Shown one piece after another: positions 32,708 to 42,690 of a DNA stretch of 64,000 nucleotides. The position numbers were made by a program, and so were the translations under genes. The notes under the pieces are model-generated. The model had not been told where the DNA came from. It did no database searches and saw only the letters and a list, made by a program, of their open reading frames with translations. Every line of letters starts with the position of its first letter. Position 1 is the stretch's first letter. Source of the stretch: an uncultured Actinomycetes bacterium (GTDB lineage: Bacteria; Actinomycetota; Acidimicrobiia; IMCC26256; PALSA-610); NCBI GenBank assembly GCA_963745645.1, contig CAVUYD010000009.1, forward strand, positions 1,805 through 65,804, given 5' to 3'.

Positions 32708-34320
32708 GTGCTCCAGGTCCGTGATCTCGCGTCGAGGTAGGTGGGCGGTTGACGACGACCGGGGCCTCGTTCTCGCTGCACGCCGGCGACAAGGTCGGGC
32801 TCGTCGGCCGCAACGGCGCGGGCAAGACCTCGCTGCTGAAGGTGCTCGCGGGCGCGAGCCCGGCCGGCGGCGCGGCGTCGTGCTCCGGCCCGGCGGGGCT
32901 CGGCTACCTCGCCGCAGGACCCGCCGGCGCGGGCGCGGGGCTCGACGGCACCGCGCTCGTCGCACGTGCTCTCGGGCCGCGGCCTCGACGCAGCCGCGCG
33001 CGCCGGCTCGAGGAGCTGCGCGGCGAAGGTCGACGCCGATCCGTCGCGCGCGCAACGTGCAGCGCGTTCGGCAACGCGGAGGACGCGTTCGGGCACGTCG
33101 GGCGGCTACGCGGCCGAGTCGGAGGTGCGGCGCATCGTCGCCGGGCTCGGGCTCCGCGCCGATCGGCTCGACCTCCCGATCAGCGCGCTGTCCGGCGGCG
33201 AGCGCCGGCGGGCCGAGCTCGCGCGGATCCTCTTCGCGGGCGGCGACCTCCTGCTGCTCGACGAGCCGACGAACCACCTCGACGTCGACGCCAAGGCATG
33301 GCTGATGTCGTTCCTGCGCATCGTACCGCGGCGCGCTGCTCGTCATCAGCCACGACCTCGCGCTGCTCGACCAGGCGATCACGCGCGTCCTGCACCTCGA
33401 CGAAGGCGAGCTCATCGAGTACCGCGGCACGTACTCGCAGTACCTCGTCGCGCGGAAGGCCGACGAGGAGCGCCGGGCGAAGCTCGCGGCGCGCCAGGAG
33501 TCGGAGATCCGCCGGCTCAAGCACGCTCGCCGACTCGATGCGCCACCAGACCGCAGAAGCGGGCCCGCATCGCCAAGACGCTCGACCGCCGCGTCGAGCA
33601 AGCATGAGCGCGAACAGGATCGAGGTCGGCCAAGGGCGAGCACACGCTGCGCGTGAAGCTGCCCGAGCCGCCGCACGCGGGCCGGGTCGTGCTCGAGGTC
33701 GTCGATCTCGCCAAGGCGTTCGGTCCGAAGGTCGTGTTCGAGGACGTGCTCGTTCGACGTCGGCCGGGGCGAGCGGCTTGCTCGTGCTCGGCCTGAACGG
33801 CGCGGGCAAGACCACGCTGCTGCGCTCGCTCGTCGGCGAGCTCGAACCCGAGCTCGGCGAGGTGCGAGCTCGGCCACCAGGTGTCGATGGGCTACTACGC
33901 GCAGGAGCACGAAGGGATCACGGCGCGGCCGCACGCGTGCATCGAGCACATCCGCGAGGCGTCGGGCGAAGCCGATCAGTACCTGCGCGGCCTGCTCGGC
34001 ATGTTCGGGCTGCGCGGCGAGCTCGCGTTCCAGGACGCGGGCACGCTCTCGGGCGGCGAGAAGACGAAGCTCGCGCTCGCGATGCTCGTCGCGGGCCGGC
34101 ACAACCTGTTGCTGCTCGACGAGCCGACGAACAACCTCGACCCGCCGTCGCGCGTCGCGATCGGCGCACGCGCTGCGCGAGTGGAAGGGCGCGATGGTGC
34201 TCGTGAGCCACGATCCCGAGTTCGTCACCGAGCTCGCGCCCGAACCGGGTGCTGCTGATGCCCGACGGCGTCCTCGACTACTGGTCCGACGACCTGCTCG
34301 ACCTCGTCGCGCTCGCCTGA
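32708..34320 (+). CDS. ABC-F family ATP-binding protein; heavily frameshifted
   Basis: Two ABC domains: GRNGAGKT..LSGGERRR..LLDEPTNHLD and GLNGAGKT..LSGGEKTK..LLDEPTNNLD. No TM segments. Confidence 0.85.
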
Positions 34321-34327
34321 GCCGCGC

Positions 34328-35119
34328 TTACAAGTCGACGCGCTGGTCAGGTGGGCGTTCGCGTTCGGCGTCGGCGACGCGCGGTCTGCAGGGCCACGGT
34401 GTCGGGGCGGACCTGGCACTCGATGAACAACCGACCTTCGAGGCGCAGCCCTTCGTCGAGCGGGGAGCCGCAGCCCGTCGATCACCGCGCGCTTCGCTGC
34501 GAACAACGCGGGCCGGGGCTTGGTCGCCATCGGTTGCACCCACTCGAGCACCGCGTTCGACGAAGCCGTCGGTCGGGAGGACCGCCTCGACGAGCCCGAT
34601 GCGGAGTGCCTCGTCCGCGTCGATGATGCGCGCCGACAGGACCAGCTCCGCGGCCCGGCCCGCACCGATCAGCCGGGGCAGGCGTTGCGTGCCGCCCGCC
34701 CCCGGGATGATCCCGACGGACACCTCGGGCTGACCGAAGTGGGCGCGCTCGCTCGCGACGCGGCAACGTGCACGCGAGCGACAGCTCGCAGCCACCGCCC
34801 CACGCCTGCCCGTCGACCGCCGCCACCACCGGCTGCGGCATCGCTTCCAGCTGCGCGAACGTGCGGCCCCACGACGCGGGATCACCCTCGACGGGATCGC
34901 CGCGGCCGAGGCGGGTGAGGTCGTCGAGGTCGGCATGGGCGACGAAGTAGCCGTCGACGCCGCCCGTGAGCACGAGCACCGCGATCTCGGGATCGGTCGC
35001 CACGTCGGTCGCGAGCTGTTCGAGCTCGCACATCGCGGCCATCGACATCAGGTTGCGCGGCGGTCGGTGAACGTGGCGAGGCCGACCGCGCCCCGCCGTT
35101 CGAAGGTCCAATGCTGCAT
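34328..35119 (-). CDS. Enoyl-CoA hydratase/isomerase family protein; frameshifted
   Basis: FVAHADL, PQPVVAAVDGQAWGGGCELSLAC, FGQPEVSVGIIPGAGGTQRLPRLIG. Confidence 0.85.
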
Positions 35120-35205
35120 CGCGTCACACTACGAGGGGTGCTCGCCGCCCGCATCCGAACGCGGCCAGACTTGCGGCCTGCAGGGGGAGGTGGCCGGTGC
35201 GGCGC

Positions 35206-36579
35206 ATGCAACTGGTGGCAGGGGTGTCGACGGTGGTCGCGGTGATGGTGTTCGCCGCGTGCGGTGGTGATGACGACGACAGCACCACGACGAAGTCGAC
35301 CGCGAGCTCGGAGTCAACGGCGGCGAAGACGAGCAGCGGCGGTGATGCCGCGCCCGGCGTCACCGCGGACTCGATCAAGGTCGTCGTGTCGCTCGTCGAC
35401 TTCGAGTGCATCAAGGACTTCGTCGACGATGTCCGGCTCGATCAGGACAAGATCTACGGCGCGTATTTCAAGGACATCAACGACGCCGGTGGCATCAACG
35501 GGCGCAAGGTCGAGCCGGTCTTCAAGACCTACTGCCCGATCCCGGGCGCGCAGCCGAGCTCACTCGGGATCTGCACCTCCGCGGCCGAGGACGAGAACGT
35601 GTTCGCGGTCATGGGCGTGTTCGTCGACTTCACCGGAGATGCCCAGCTGTGCGTGACGCGCGACCAGCACCGGGTGCTGATCGCCCACGGCTTGACCCAA
35701 CCATGGATCGACGAAGCTCCACCCGGCTTGCTGCTGAGTCCCGACATCACGGCCGAACGCCGTCTCAACGTGATCATGTCGCTGTTGGGCAACGAGGGCA
35801 CGCTGAAGGGCAAGACGGTTGCCGTGCTCGCGGCCGACGACAACAAGGGACGCATCAAGTCGACGGTGGAGCCCGAGCTCAAGAAGCTGAAGGTCGCGCG
35901 CGGCTCGGACGCCGTGCTCACGATCTCCGGAACCGACACCACGGCCGCGCAGGCGCAACTCGACAGCTTCATCGAGAAGTGGAAGAGCGAGGACGTCGAC
36001 TCGCTGATCATCCTCGGTGAGACAGCGTCGGCGAAGCAGTTCGTGCAGAAGATCAAGGACGAGATGCCCGACGTGCAGCTGATTGCCGACAGCGCAACCG
36101 TGCTCGGGCAGGGACAGGACCTCGTACGCGCGGGCCAGGCCGACAACCCCTACGACGGCATCATCTCGGCCGAAGGTGAGACCGGGGCCGTGCACAGCAA
36201 GGGTGAGAACTTCAAGCGCTGCAACGCGATCTACAAGAAGTACATCGGCACCGACGTCCCCGGGCCGAACGAGGTGGTGAAGGCGCCAAACGGCAAGCGC
36301 AACGACATCTACGGCGCCGTGAGCGACGCCTGCGCGGAGGTCACGATGTTCCTCGACATCGCGACCAAGGCCGGCGCGACGCTGAACAACGACACGTGGA
36401 CCGCAACGGTCGACTCGATGGGCAAGATGCGGATCGCGTCCAGCCGGTACGCGTCGTTGCACAAGGGGAAGTACGACGCCGACGACACCTACGGCCTGGT
36501 GGCGTTCGACCCGAAGATCCCGAAGGACGGCGACTGGAAGGCCCTCACGCCGGTCCGTGACGTCGGCAGTCTCAACTGA
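35206..36579 (+). CDS. ABC substrate-binding lipoprotein (branched-chain amino acid/type I PBP family)
   Basis: Lipobox FAAC, Ser/Thr linker, PGVTADSIK, INDAGGINGRK. Confidence 0.85.
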   Translation: MQLVAGVSTVVAVMVFAACGGDDDDSTTTKSTASSESTAAKTSSGGDAAPGVTADSIKVVVSLVDFECIKDFVDDVRLDQDKIYGAYFKDINDAGGINGRKVEPVFKTYCPIPGAQPSSLGICTSAAEDENVFAVMGVFVDFTGDAQLCVTRDQHRVLIAHGLTQPWIDEAPPGLLLSPDITAERRLNVIMSLLGNEGTLKGKTVAVLAADDNKGRIKSTVEPELKKLKVARGSDAVLTISGTDTTAAQAQLDSFIEKWKSEDVDSLIILGETASAKQFVQKIKDEMPDVQLIADSATVLGQGQDLVRAGQADNPYDGIISAEGETGAVHSKGENFKRCNAIYKKYIGTDVPGPNEVVKAPNGKRNDIYGAVSDACAEVTMFLDIATKAGATLNNDTWTATVDSMGKMRIASSRYASLHKGKYDADDTYGLVAFDPKIPKDGDWKALTPVRDVGSLN

Positions 36580-36627
36580 ATGCGCCCTGACCAGGGAAAA
36601 CTCCCGACCCGAGGGTGCGAGACAAAC

Positions 36628-36641
36628 TGACATCGGCGTCA
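36628..36641. promoter_or_regulatory. TGAC-N6-GTCA palindrome (site 2)
   Basis: AAAC-TGACATCGGCGTCA, about 35 bp upstream of the second SBP start. Confidence 0.55.
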
Positions 36642-36675
36642 TAGAGTTCGCCCCAGCGAGCCACTGGGGGGAACC

Positions 36676-38106
36676 ATGGGACGCACGAAGGCCGCACATC
36701 GGCCATTGCCGCGCGCCGGCTTCGTCGTCATCGTCGTTGCGGCGTTGCTGTTCGCCGCATGCGGCGGAGACGACGACGACAGCAGCGGGGCCAAGGACAC
36801 GACGCCGACGTCGGCTTCCGGGAGCGGAAAGCTCGCCGATCTCGGGCACGGCGTCACCGCGGACTCGATCAAGATCGGGATCGCGGTCGTCGACTACGAC
36901 GCGATCAAGGACTTCGTCGACTTCACGAGGGGCGATCAACAGAAGACCGCGCAGGTGTTCGTCGACTACATCAACGCGAACGGTGGTGTCGACGGGCGCA
37001 AGATCGATCCCGTCTACCGCAAGTACCCGCCGATCCCAGGTCAGGAACCGAGCGCGCTCTCGTTGTGCACGGCGTGGACCGAGGACGACGACGTGTTCGC
37101 GGTGCTCGGCGTGTTCATCGACTTCAGCGGTGACGCGCAGCTGTGCCTGACCCGTGACCACAAGACGATCCACATCGGCCACGAGCTCGAACAGCCCTGG
37201 ATCGACGAGTCACCGGCCGGTCTGATGCTGACGCCGGACACGACGAAGGAAGCCGCGGCGACGATTCTCATCAACCTGCTCGACAAGCAGAACAAGCTGA
37301 AGGGGAAGACGGTCGCGATCCTGGCGGACTCCGACGGCGAGCAGCGGGCCAACGACGTCATCGCGCCCGCACTGAAGGACGCCGGCGCCGATCTCGGGTC
37401 CACCGCCACGCTGACGATCAGCGGCACCGACACGTCCGCGGCGCAGGGTCAGCTCGACAGCTTCATCGAGAAGTGGAAGAGCGAGAACGTCGACACCGTC
37501 TTCATGGTCGGTCTGAACATCTCGGCGAAGCAGTTCGTCCAGAAGCTGAAGGGCGACATGCCGGACGTGCAGCTGATCACCGACGCGTCCTCGACCGCGG
37601 AACAGGGGCAGGACCTGGTCGCGGCCGGCACCACCCCGAACCCGTACGACGGCATGCTCGGCACCATCGGCGCGACGGATTCCGAGCGGTGGAACAACAA
37701 GAGCAAGCTGTTGCAGCAGTGCGTCGACATCTACGAGAAGGCGACGGGAACCACCGTGAAGGGCCCGGACGAGGTCGCGCCGGGGCCCGACGGCAAGACC
37801 GAGGAGATCTACATCGCGGTCATCGACTACTGCAACGAGCTGTTCATGTTCCGGACGATCGCCGAGAAGACCGGAACCGACCTGACCAACGCCAACTGGA
37901 CGAAGACCGTCGACTCGTTCGGCAAGATCGATCTCGTGTCCACCGACATCGCGTCGCTCTGCAAGGGGAAGTACGACGCCGACGACGCGTTCCGGCTCGT
38001 TGAGTTCGACCCCACGAGTGGGCCGACCGGCGACTGGAAGCCGCTCTCCCCGGTGCAGGACGCGAGCGGCGGGAAGTGCAAGCAGGCGGCCGCGTCCGAC
38101 ACGTGA
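36676..38106 (+). CDS. ABC substrate-binding lipoprotein, tandem paralogue
   Basis: Lipobox FAAC, GVTADSIKIG, INANGGVDGRK. Shares QLDSFIEKWKSE and KGKYDADD with the upstream copy. Confidence 0.85.
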   Translation: MGRTKAAHRPLPRAGFVVIVVAALLFAACGGDDDDSSGAKDTTPTSASGSGKLADLGHGVTADSIKIGIAVVDYDAIKDFVDFTRGDQQKTAQVFVDYINANGGVDGRKIDPVYRKYPPIPGQEPSALSLCTAWTEDDDVFAVLGVFIDFSGDAQLCLTRDHKTIHIGHELEQPWIDESPAGLMLTPDTTKEAAATILINLLDKQNKLKGKTVAILADSDGEQRANDVIAPALKDAGADLGSTATLTISGTDTSAAQGQLDSFIEKWKSENVDTVFMVGLNISAKQFVQKLKGDMPDVQLITDASSTAEQGQDLVAAGTTPNPYDGMLGTIGATDSERWNNKSKLLQQCVDIYEKATGTTVKGPDEVAPGPDGKTEEIYIAVIDYCNELFMFRTIAEKTGTDLTNANWTKTVDSFGKIDLVSTDIASLCKGKYDADDAFRLVEFDPTSGPTGDWKPLSPVQDASGGKCKQAAASDT

Positions 38107-38128
38107 CGCGCTGACGATCGAAGCGCGA

Positions 38129-38153
38129 GCCCGCTTGTGCAGAACAAGCGGGC
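38129..38153 (+). terminator. Stem-loop downstream of the SBP pair
   Basis: GCCCGCTTGT-GCAGA-ACAAGCGGGC, 10-bp stem, no U-tract. Confidence 0.5.
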
Positions 38154-38345
38154 CGCGTCGTCGACACCCGAAGGCTCGGAAACGACCAGACGAGCCGTTC
38201 ATGTGACGGGACACGCCATATAGGGCGAGTTACGCAACGAGAACGCGACAGCGCTCCAGTTCAGGCGCTTATCCCTCGACCACGAGGTTCGGGCATGACG
38301 GCGTCGTGCCGCGAAGTTCCCCTGCTGACGCGATTCTCTCCCTCG

Positions 38346-38904
38346 TCACACAAGGCGGTAGCGGAGGTGGACGACGCCGTTGCTGAATCGGTGCTCGTCG
38401 AGGAGCTCGAGATCGGCGCGCATGTCGGTCGGCAGTGCGGGGTTGCGCCCACCGAGGACGACTGGCCAGACGAACAGGGCCAGCTCGTCGACCAGCCCGG
38501 CGACGAGAGCCTGTGCTGCGAGGTTCGGGCCACCGACCAAGGAGATCCCTACTGGCGGCGGCCTTCAGGTCGTGTACCGCGCTGGGGTCGAAGTGGCGTT
38601 CGAGCCGGGTGTTCGCGGTGGACGGCGCGGCCAGGGTCGAGGAGTAGACGACCTTGTCCGCCGCCTGCCACACGCTCGCGTAGTCGGCCGTGAGGTCCGA
38701 CTGCGCGGCCAGGGTGGAGTCGGTCTCCCAGACGGCCATCGTCTCGTACATGCGCCGCCCGTAGAGGTACGTGCCAGCGGACCGCATGAGCTCGGTGATG
38801 AACGCGAACACGTCGTCGTCCGGCGGAGCCCAGTCGAAGGCGCCACGTTCGTCCTCGGTGCAGCCGTCGAGGGACATGTTCGACGCGTAGATCAGCCTCG
38901 CCAT
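38346..38904 (-). CDS. Dihydrofolate reductase family (RibD C-terminal-like) protein; frameshift near 38545
   Basis: MARLIYASNMSLDG, YLYGRRMYE, KVVYSSTL, GLVDELALFVWPVVLGG. Confidence 0.85.
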
Positions 38905-39080
38905 TACCGCTCCTGAATCGCCTTTGCCAGTCTGGACGAACTCGTCGTCCAACCGTAGGGCAGCGCGGAGCGGCTCGATGACCGTCCCAGACGTGCCGGT
39001 CAGGGACGCGCCAGAACGCGCGCCCAAGCTCGCCCGATCGCTCGAGCAGGTCCTTGCCTGGCGTCGCGTCGCCCGCTCGG

Positions 39081-39641
39081 TCAGACGCTGACGCGGTAGT
39101 GGAGGTGAACGACGCCGTTTCGGAACCGGCGTTCATCGAGGAGTTCGAGTTGCGCGCGGACGTTGTCTTGCAGGGCGCGCTTGCCGCCTCCCACCACGAT
39201 CGGACACAAGAACAGATGGCACTCGTCGACCAGCCCCGCGCCGATTGCGTATCCAGCGAGCTCGGCGCCCCCAATTGCGATGTCGGCCCCCGAGGACTGC
39301 TTGAGTCGCCGGACGGCGTCTCGATCGAACTCGCGCTCGATCCGCGTCCTCGCGCTGGACACCGTCTGAAGCGTCCGGGAGTACACGATCTTCTCAGCTG
39401 CGCGCCAGATCTCGGCGTAATCCCAGAACACTGCCGGCTCATCGGCCTCGGTGCTCGCGGTCTCCCAGAACACCATCGTCTCGTACATCCGGCGCCCGTA
39501 TAGGTAGGTGCCGATCGGCCGCTCGAGATCGTTGACGAACGCATGCACCTCCACATCCGGCGCCGCCCAGTCGAACCTGCCCTCCTCGTCCTCGACGTAC
39601 CCGTCAAGCGAGGCGATCGCCGCATAGATCAGCTTGGCCAT
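39081..39641 (-). CDS. Dihydrofolate reductase family (RibD C-terminal-like) protein
   Basis: MAKLIYAAIASLDGY, YLYGRRMYE, GGAELA, GLVDECHLFLCPIVVGGGK. Confidence 0.9.
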   Translation of the reverse strand: MAKLIYAAIASLDGYVEDEEGRFDWAAPDVEVHAFVNDLERPIGTYLYGRRMYETMVFWETASTEADEPAVFWDYAEIWRAAEKIVYSRTLQTVSSARTRIEREFDRDAVRRLKQSSGADIAIGGAELAGYAIGAGLVDECHLFLCPIVVGGGKRALQDNVRAQLELLDERRFRNGVVHLHYRVSV

Positions 39642-39834
39642 CTCACTCCCAATGGGTAGTTACGGTGCAGCCACCACGGACGCAAATGCTGAGACCGCGA
39701 TCCGCAGCCCAAATCATCGATCACGGCATCGCAGGAGCACGAGTACAGAGCGACTCGCTCATCGCATCGGCGACATGTGGGAGTTGATCGACTTCACGCC
39801 GAATGACGCGCGCCGACCCGGCGGTCGGGGAGCT

Positions 39835-42690
39835 CTAGAGCGTCGCGTTGCTCCTTTGAATCGCGCGGTCATCCGTGCCGAGGTAGGACGCGACGACTCT
39901 CGGGTTCGTGCGTACGTCCTCGGGTGCACCTTCGACGATGACCTCGCCCGCTTCGAGGCAGTAGATGCGGCTGCTGATCGACAGGATCAGCGGCAGGTCG
40001 TGCTCGACGACGACGAGCGTCGCGTCGAGCTCCTGCTGCACGCGCAGGATGAGGGGGCCGAACGCCTCGGCTTCCCGCTGCGCGACGCCGGACGTCGGCT
40101 CGTCGAGGCAGATGACCCGGGGCGCGACCGCGAGCACGCTCGTGAGCTCGACGATGCGCCGGGTCCCGGTCGAGAGCTCGGCGATGTACCGGTCCGCGTA
40201 ACGGCCGAGCCCGAGGTAGTCGATCAGTTCGGACGCTTCGGCGTGCTTGGACCGCTCGCCGCGGATCGACGGCAACCACGCGAGCGAGAACCAGAACGAC
40301 GTGCGATGCCTCGCCTCGAGCGCGAGCTCGACGGTCTCGCGCACGGTGAGCTCCGGGAACAGGATCGCGTTCTGGAAGGTGCGCCCGAGGCCGAGCGCGG
40401 CCCGGTGGTGTGCACGCTTGCGGTTGACCTGTTGGCCGAGGAGCGCAACGGTGCCGCGGCTCGGCACGTACCCCCCGATCGCGTTGAGCAGCGTCGACTT
40501 CCCCGCGCCGTTGTTGCCGATCAGCCCGATGACCTCGCCCGGGAACGCGCGTGGAACGTCACATCGTTGACGGCGGTGAGCCCGCCGAACTCGACCGTGA
40601 GGCCGTGCGTCGCGAGCGCGGTGCCGTCGGCGTTCAACGTGACCGGGTGCAACTGCGCGATGTGCGAGAGCGACACCGGTGGTGCGGTCACCGTCTTCTC
40701 GGTGGCGAGTGGTGGGAGGCGCTTCTCGACCCAGCGCAGCAACGAGTCGCGCGCGTAGTAGCCGATCTGCACGAAGCCGCCCGGGATGTACAGGAGGATC
40801 AACAGCAAGCCGATGCTCGACGTGAACAGCGGCACGAGGTTGTTGTTGGGCCAGAACGCGGGCAGGCCGATGACCCACAGCGCGCCGACGACCGCGCCGG
40901 TGAGGCTCCCGAGCCCGCCGATCACCGCGATCGACACGACGAGCAGCGAGTCCTCGACGAGGAAGTAACGCTCGCCGGGACCGAACGTGAGGTTCACCGC
41001 GCCGAGGAGCACGCCGCCGAGACCTGCGACGAAGCCGGCCAGCGCGAACGCCGTCAGCTTGGTGCGGGCGGCGGAGACGGTCATGGCGGCGGCCGCGAGC
41101 TCGTTCTCGCGCACGCCCACGATCATGCGCCCGACGCCGGTGCGGCGGAGATGGCCGACGAGCAGCAGCACGACGACGAGGACGAACAGCACGAAGTAGT
41201 AATACGCGCGGTTCTTGTGGGTGAGCTCGAGCGGCCCGATGTCGGCGCGCGGGATCTGCACGGTCGACCGCCCGGCCGTGAAGAAGGGACGGTCGAACAG
41301 GTACACCTGCGATGCGATCGCGAACGCGAGCGTGCTGATGGCGAGCAACAGGCCGCGCACCCGCAGCGCGCCGATCCCTACGAGCACCGCGACCAGGCTC
41401 GCGCCGACCGCACCGAGCAGCAGCGTCCACGGGAACGTGATCGCCGGCAGCGAGCCGTTGACGATGCGGGTGTCGTGCCAGCCGATGTTCGCGGACATGC
41501 CGCGTGACAGGGCGGCGGCGGTCAGCGCGCCGAGGCCCGCGAACGCCATCTGCCCCAGCGAGAGCTGACCACCCCAACCCGTCAGCACGACGACCGACAC
41601 CGCGCACAACGCGAACGCGAGGATCACCGTCCAGGTCTGGTGGCGCGCCGACTGGTCCGACAGCAGCGGGACGACAACCGCCACGATCGAGCGCGAAGCC
41701 CGCGATGAATTGCGGCATGCGCCGCACCCACCAGATGCTCTTGAGCCGTTCGGGGACGGCCGCGATGCGTGGTGCGAACTGGAAGCTCTCACCCGCGGCC
41801 TGCCGCGTCGCGCTTGCTGACGCGCGCGACGAGCACGAGCACCACGATGAAGAGCAGGAACTGCACGAGACCGGTCTCGGTCGTGTAGTTGAAGAACAGC
41901 ACGCGGTCGAAGATGCCGATGAGGATCGCCCCGAGCGCGGCACGCGGGAACGAGACCATGCCACCGATCAGCGCGGCGGCCATGCCCCGGAGCAGCGTGT
42001 CGGGTCCGATGTGGATGAGGTCGGTCGACCCTTGATCGCTCGCGGTGAGCAACACCGCGACCGTCGGCGAGGAAGCCGGCGATCGACCAGACCGCGGTGG
42101 ACACCAGCTTCGGGCTGATCCCGGTCATGCGGGCGAGATCGACGTTTGTCGCCGACGCCCGCACCGCGTCGCCGAACGCGGTGTGACCGAGCAGCCACCA
42201 GAGCCAGACCGTGATGACCGGGACGACGATCAGCACGAGGAGCTGGCTCGCGGACACGGTGATGTCCAGGAACGGGATGCCATTCGCCGCTGAACGGCAA
42301 CGGGAATTGCGTTTGCAACGAGCCGGTTCGGTACTCCGGTAAGGAGAGGGTGACGGCTTCGCACAGCTGCGCGACTCCGATCGTCGCGACCAGCACGATG
42401 ACGCGTGGCGACCGGAACAGCCGCCGGATCACGGTGAGCTCGATGACGGTGCCGGTGAGCGTGCCGACGAGCAGTGCGCCGAACACGGCGGGCCAGTAGG
42501 GCCAACCGTGCTTGCCCGCCATGATCGCGAACAGTGCGGTCGCCGGAACGCCCATGTTGCCGACGGCGAAGTTGATGACGCGGCTCGAGCGGTACACGAG
42601 CACGATGCCCATCGCGACGATCGCGGTGATCATCCCGCCGATGACGCCTTTGAAGAGCAGGTTCCACGTGACGATCGTGCTGAGCGTCAT
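39835..42690 (-). CDS. Fused branched-chain-type ABC permease (LivH+LivM) and ATPase (LivG-like); frameshifted
   Basis: LVYRSSRVINFAVG, GWGGQLSLGQMAFAG, GVRENELAA, GGLGSLTG, then FGGLTAV..GNNGAGKST..GRTFQ..LDEPTSG. Confidence 0.85.

Noticed and set aside
39670..39720. GGACGCAAA resembling a c-di-GMP-I riboswitch core
   Set aside because: It is on the wrong strand for the flanking genes and lacks the upstream GGCAAA/GNRA stem.
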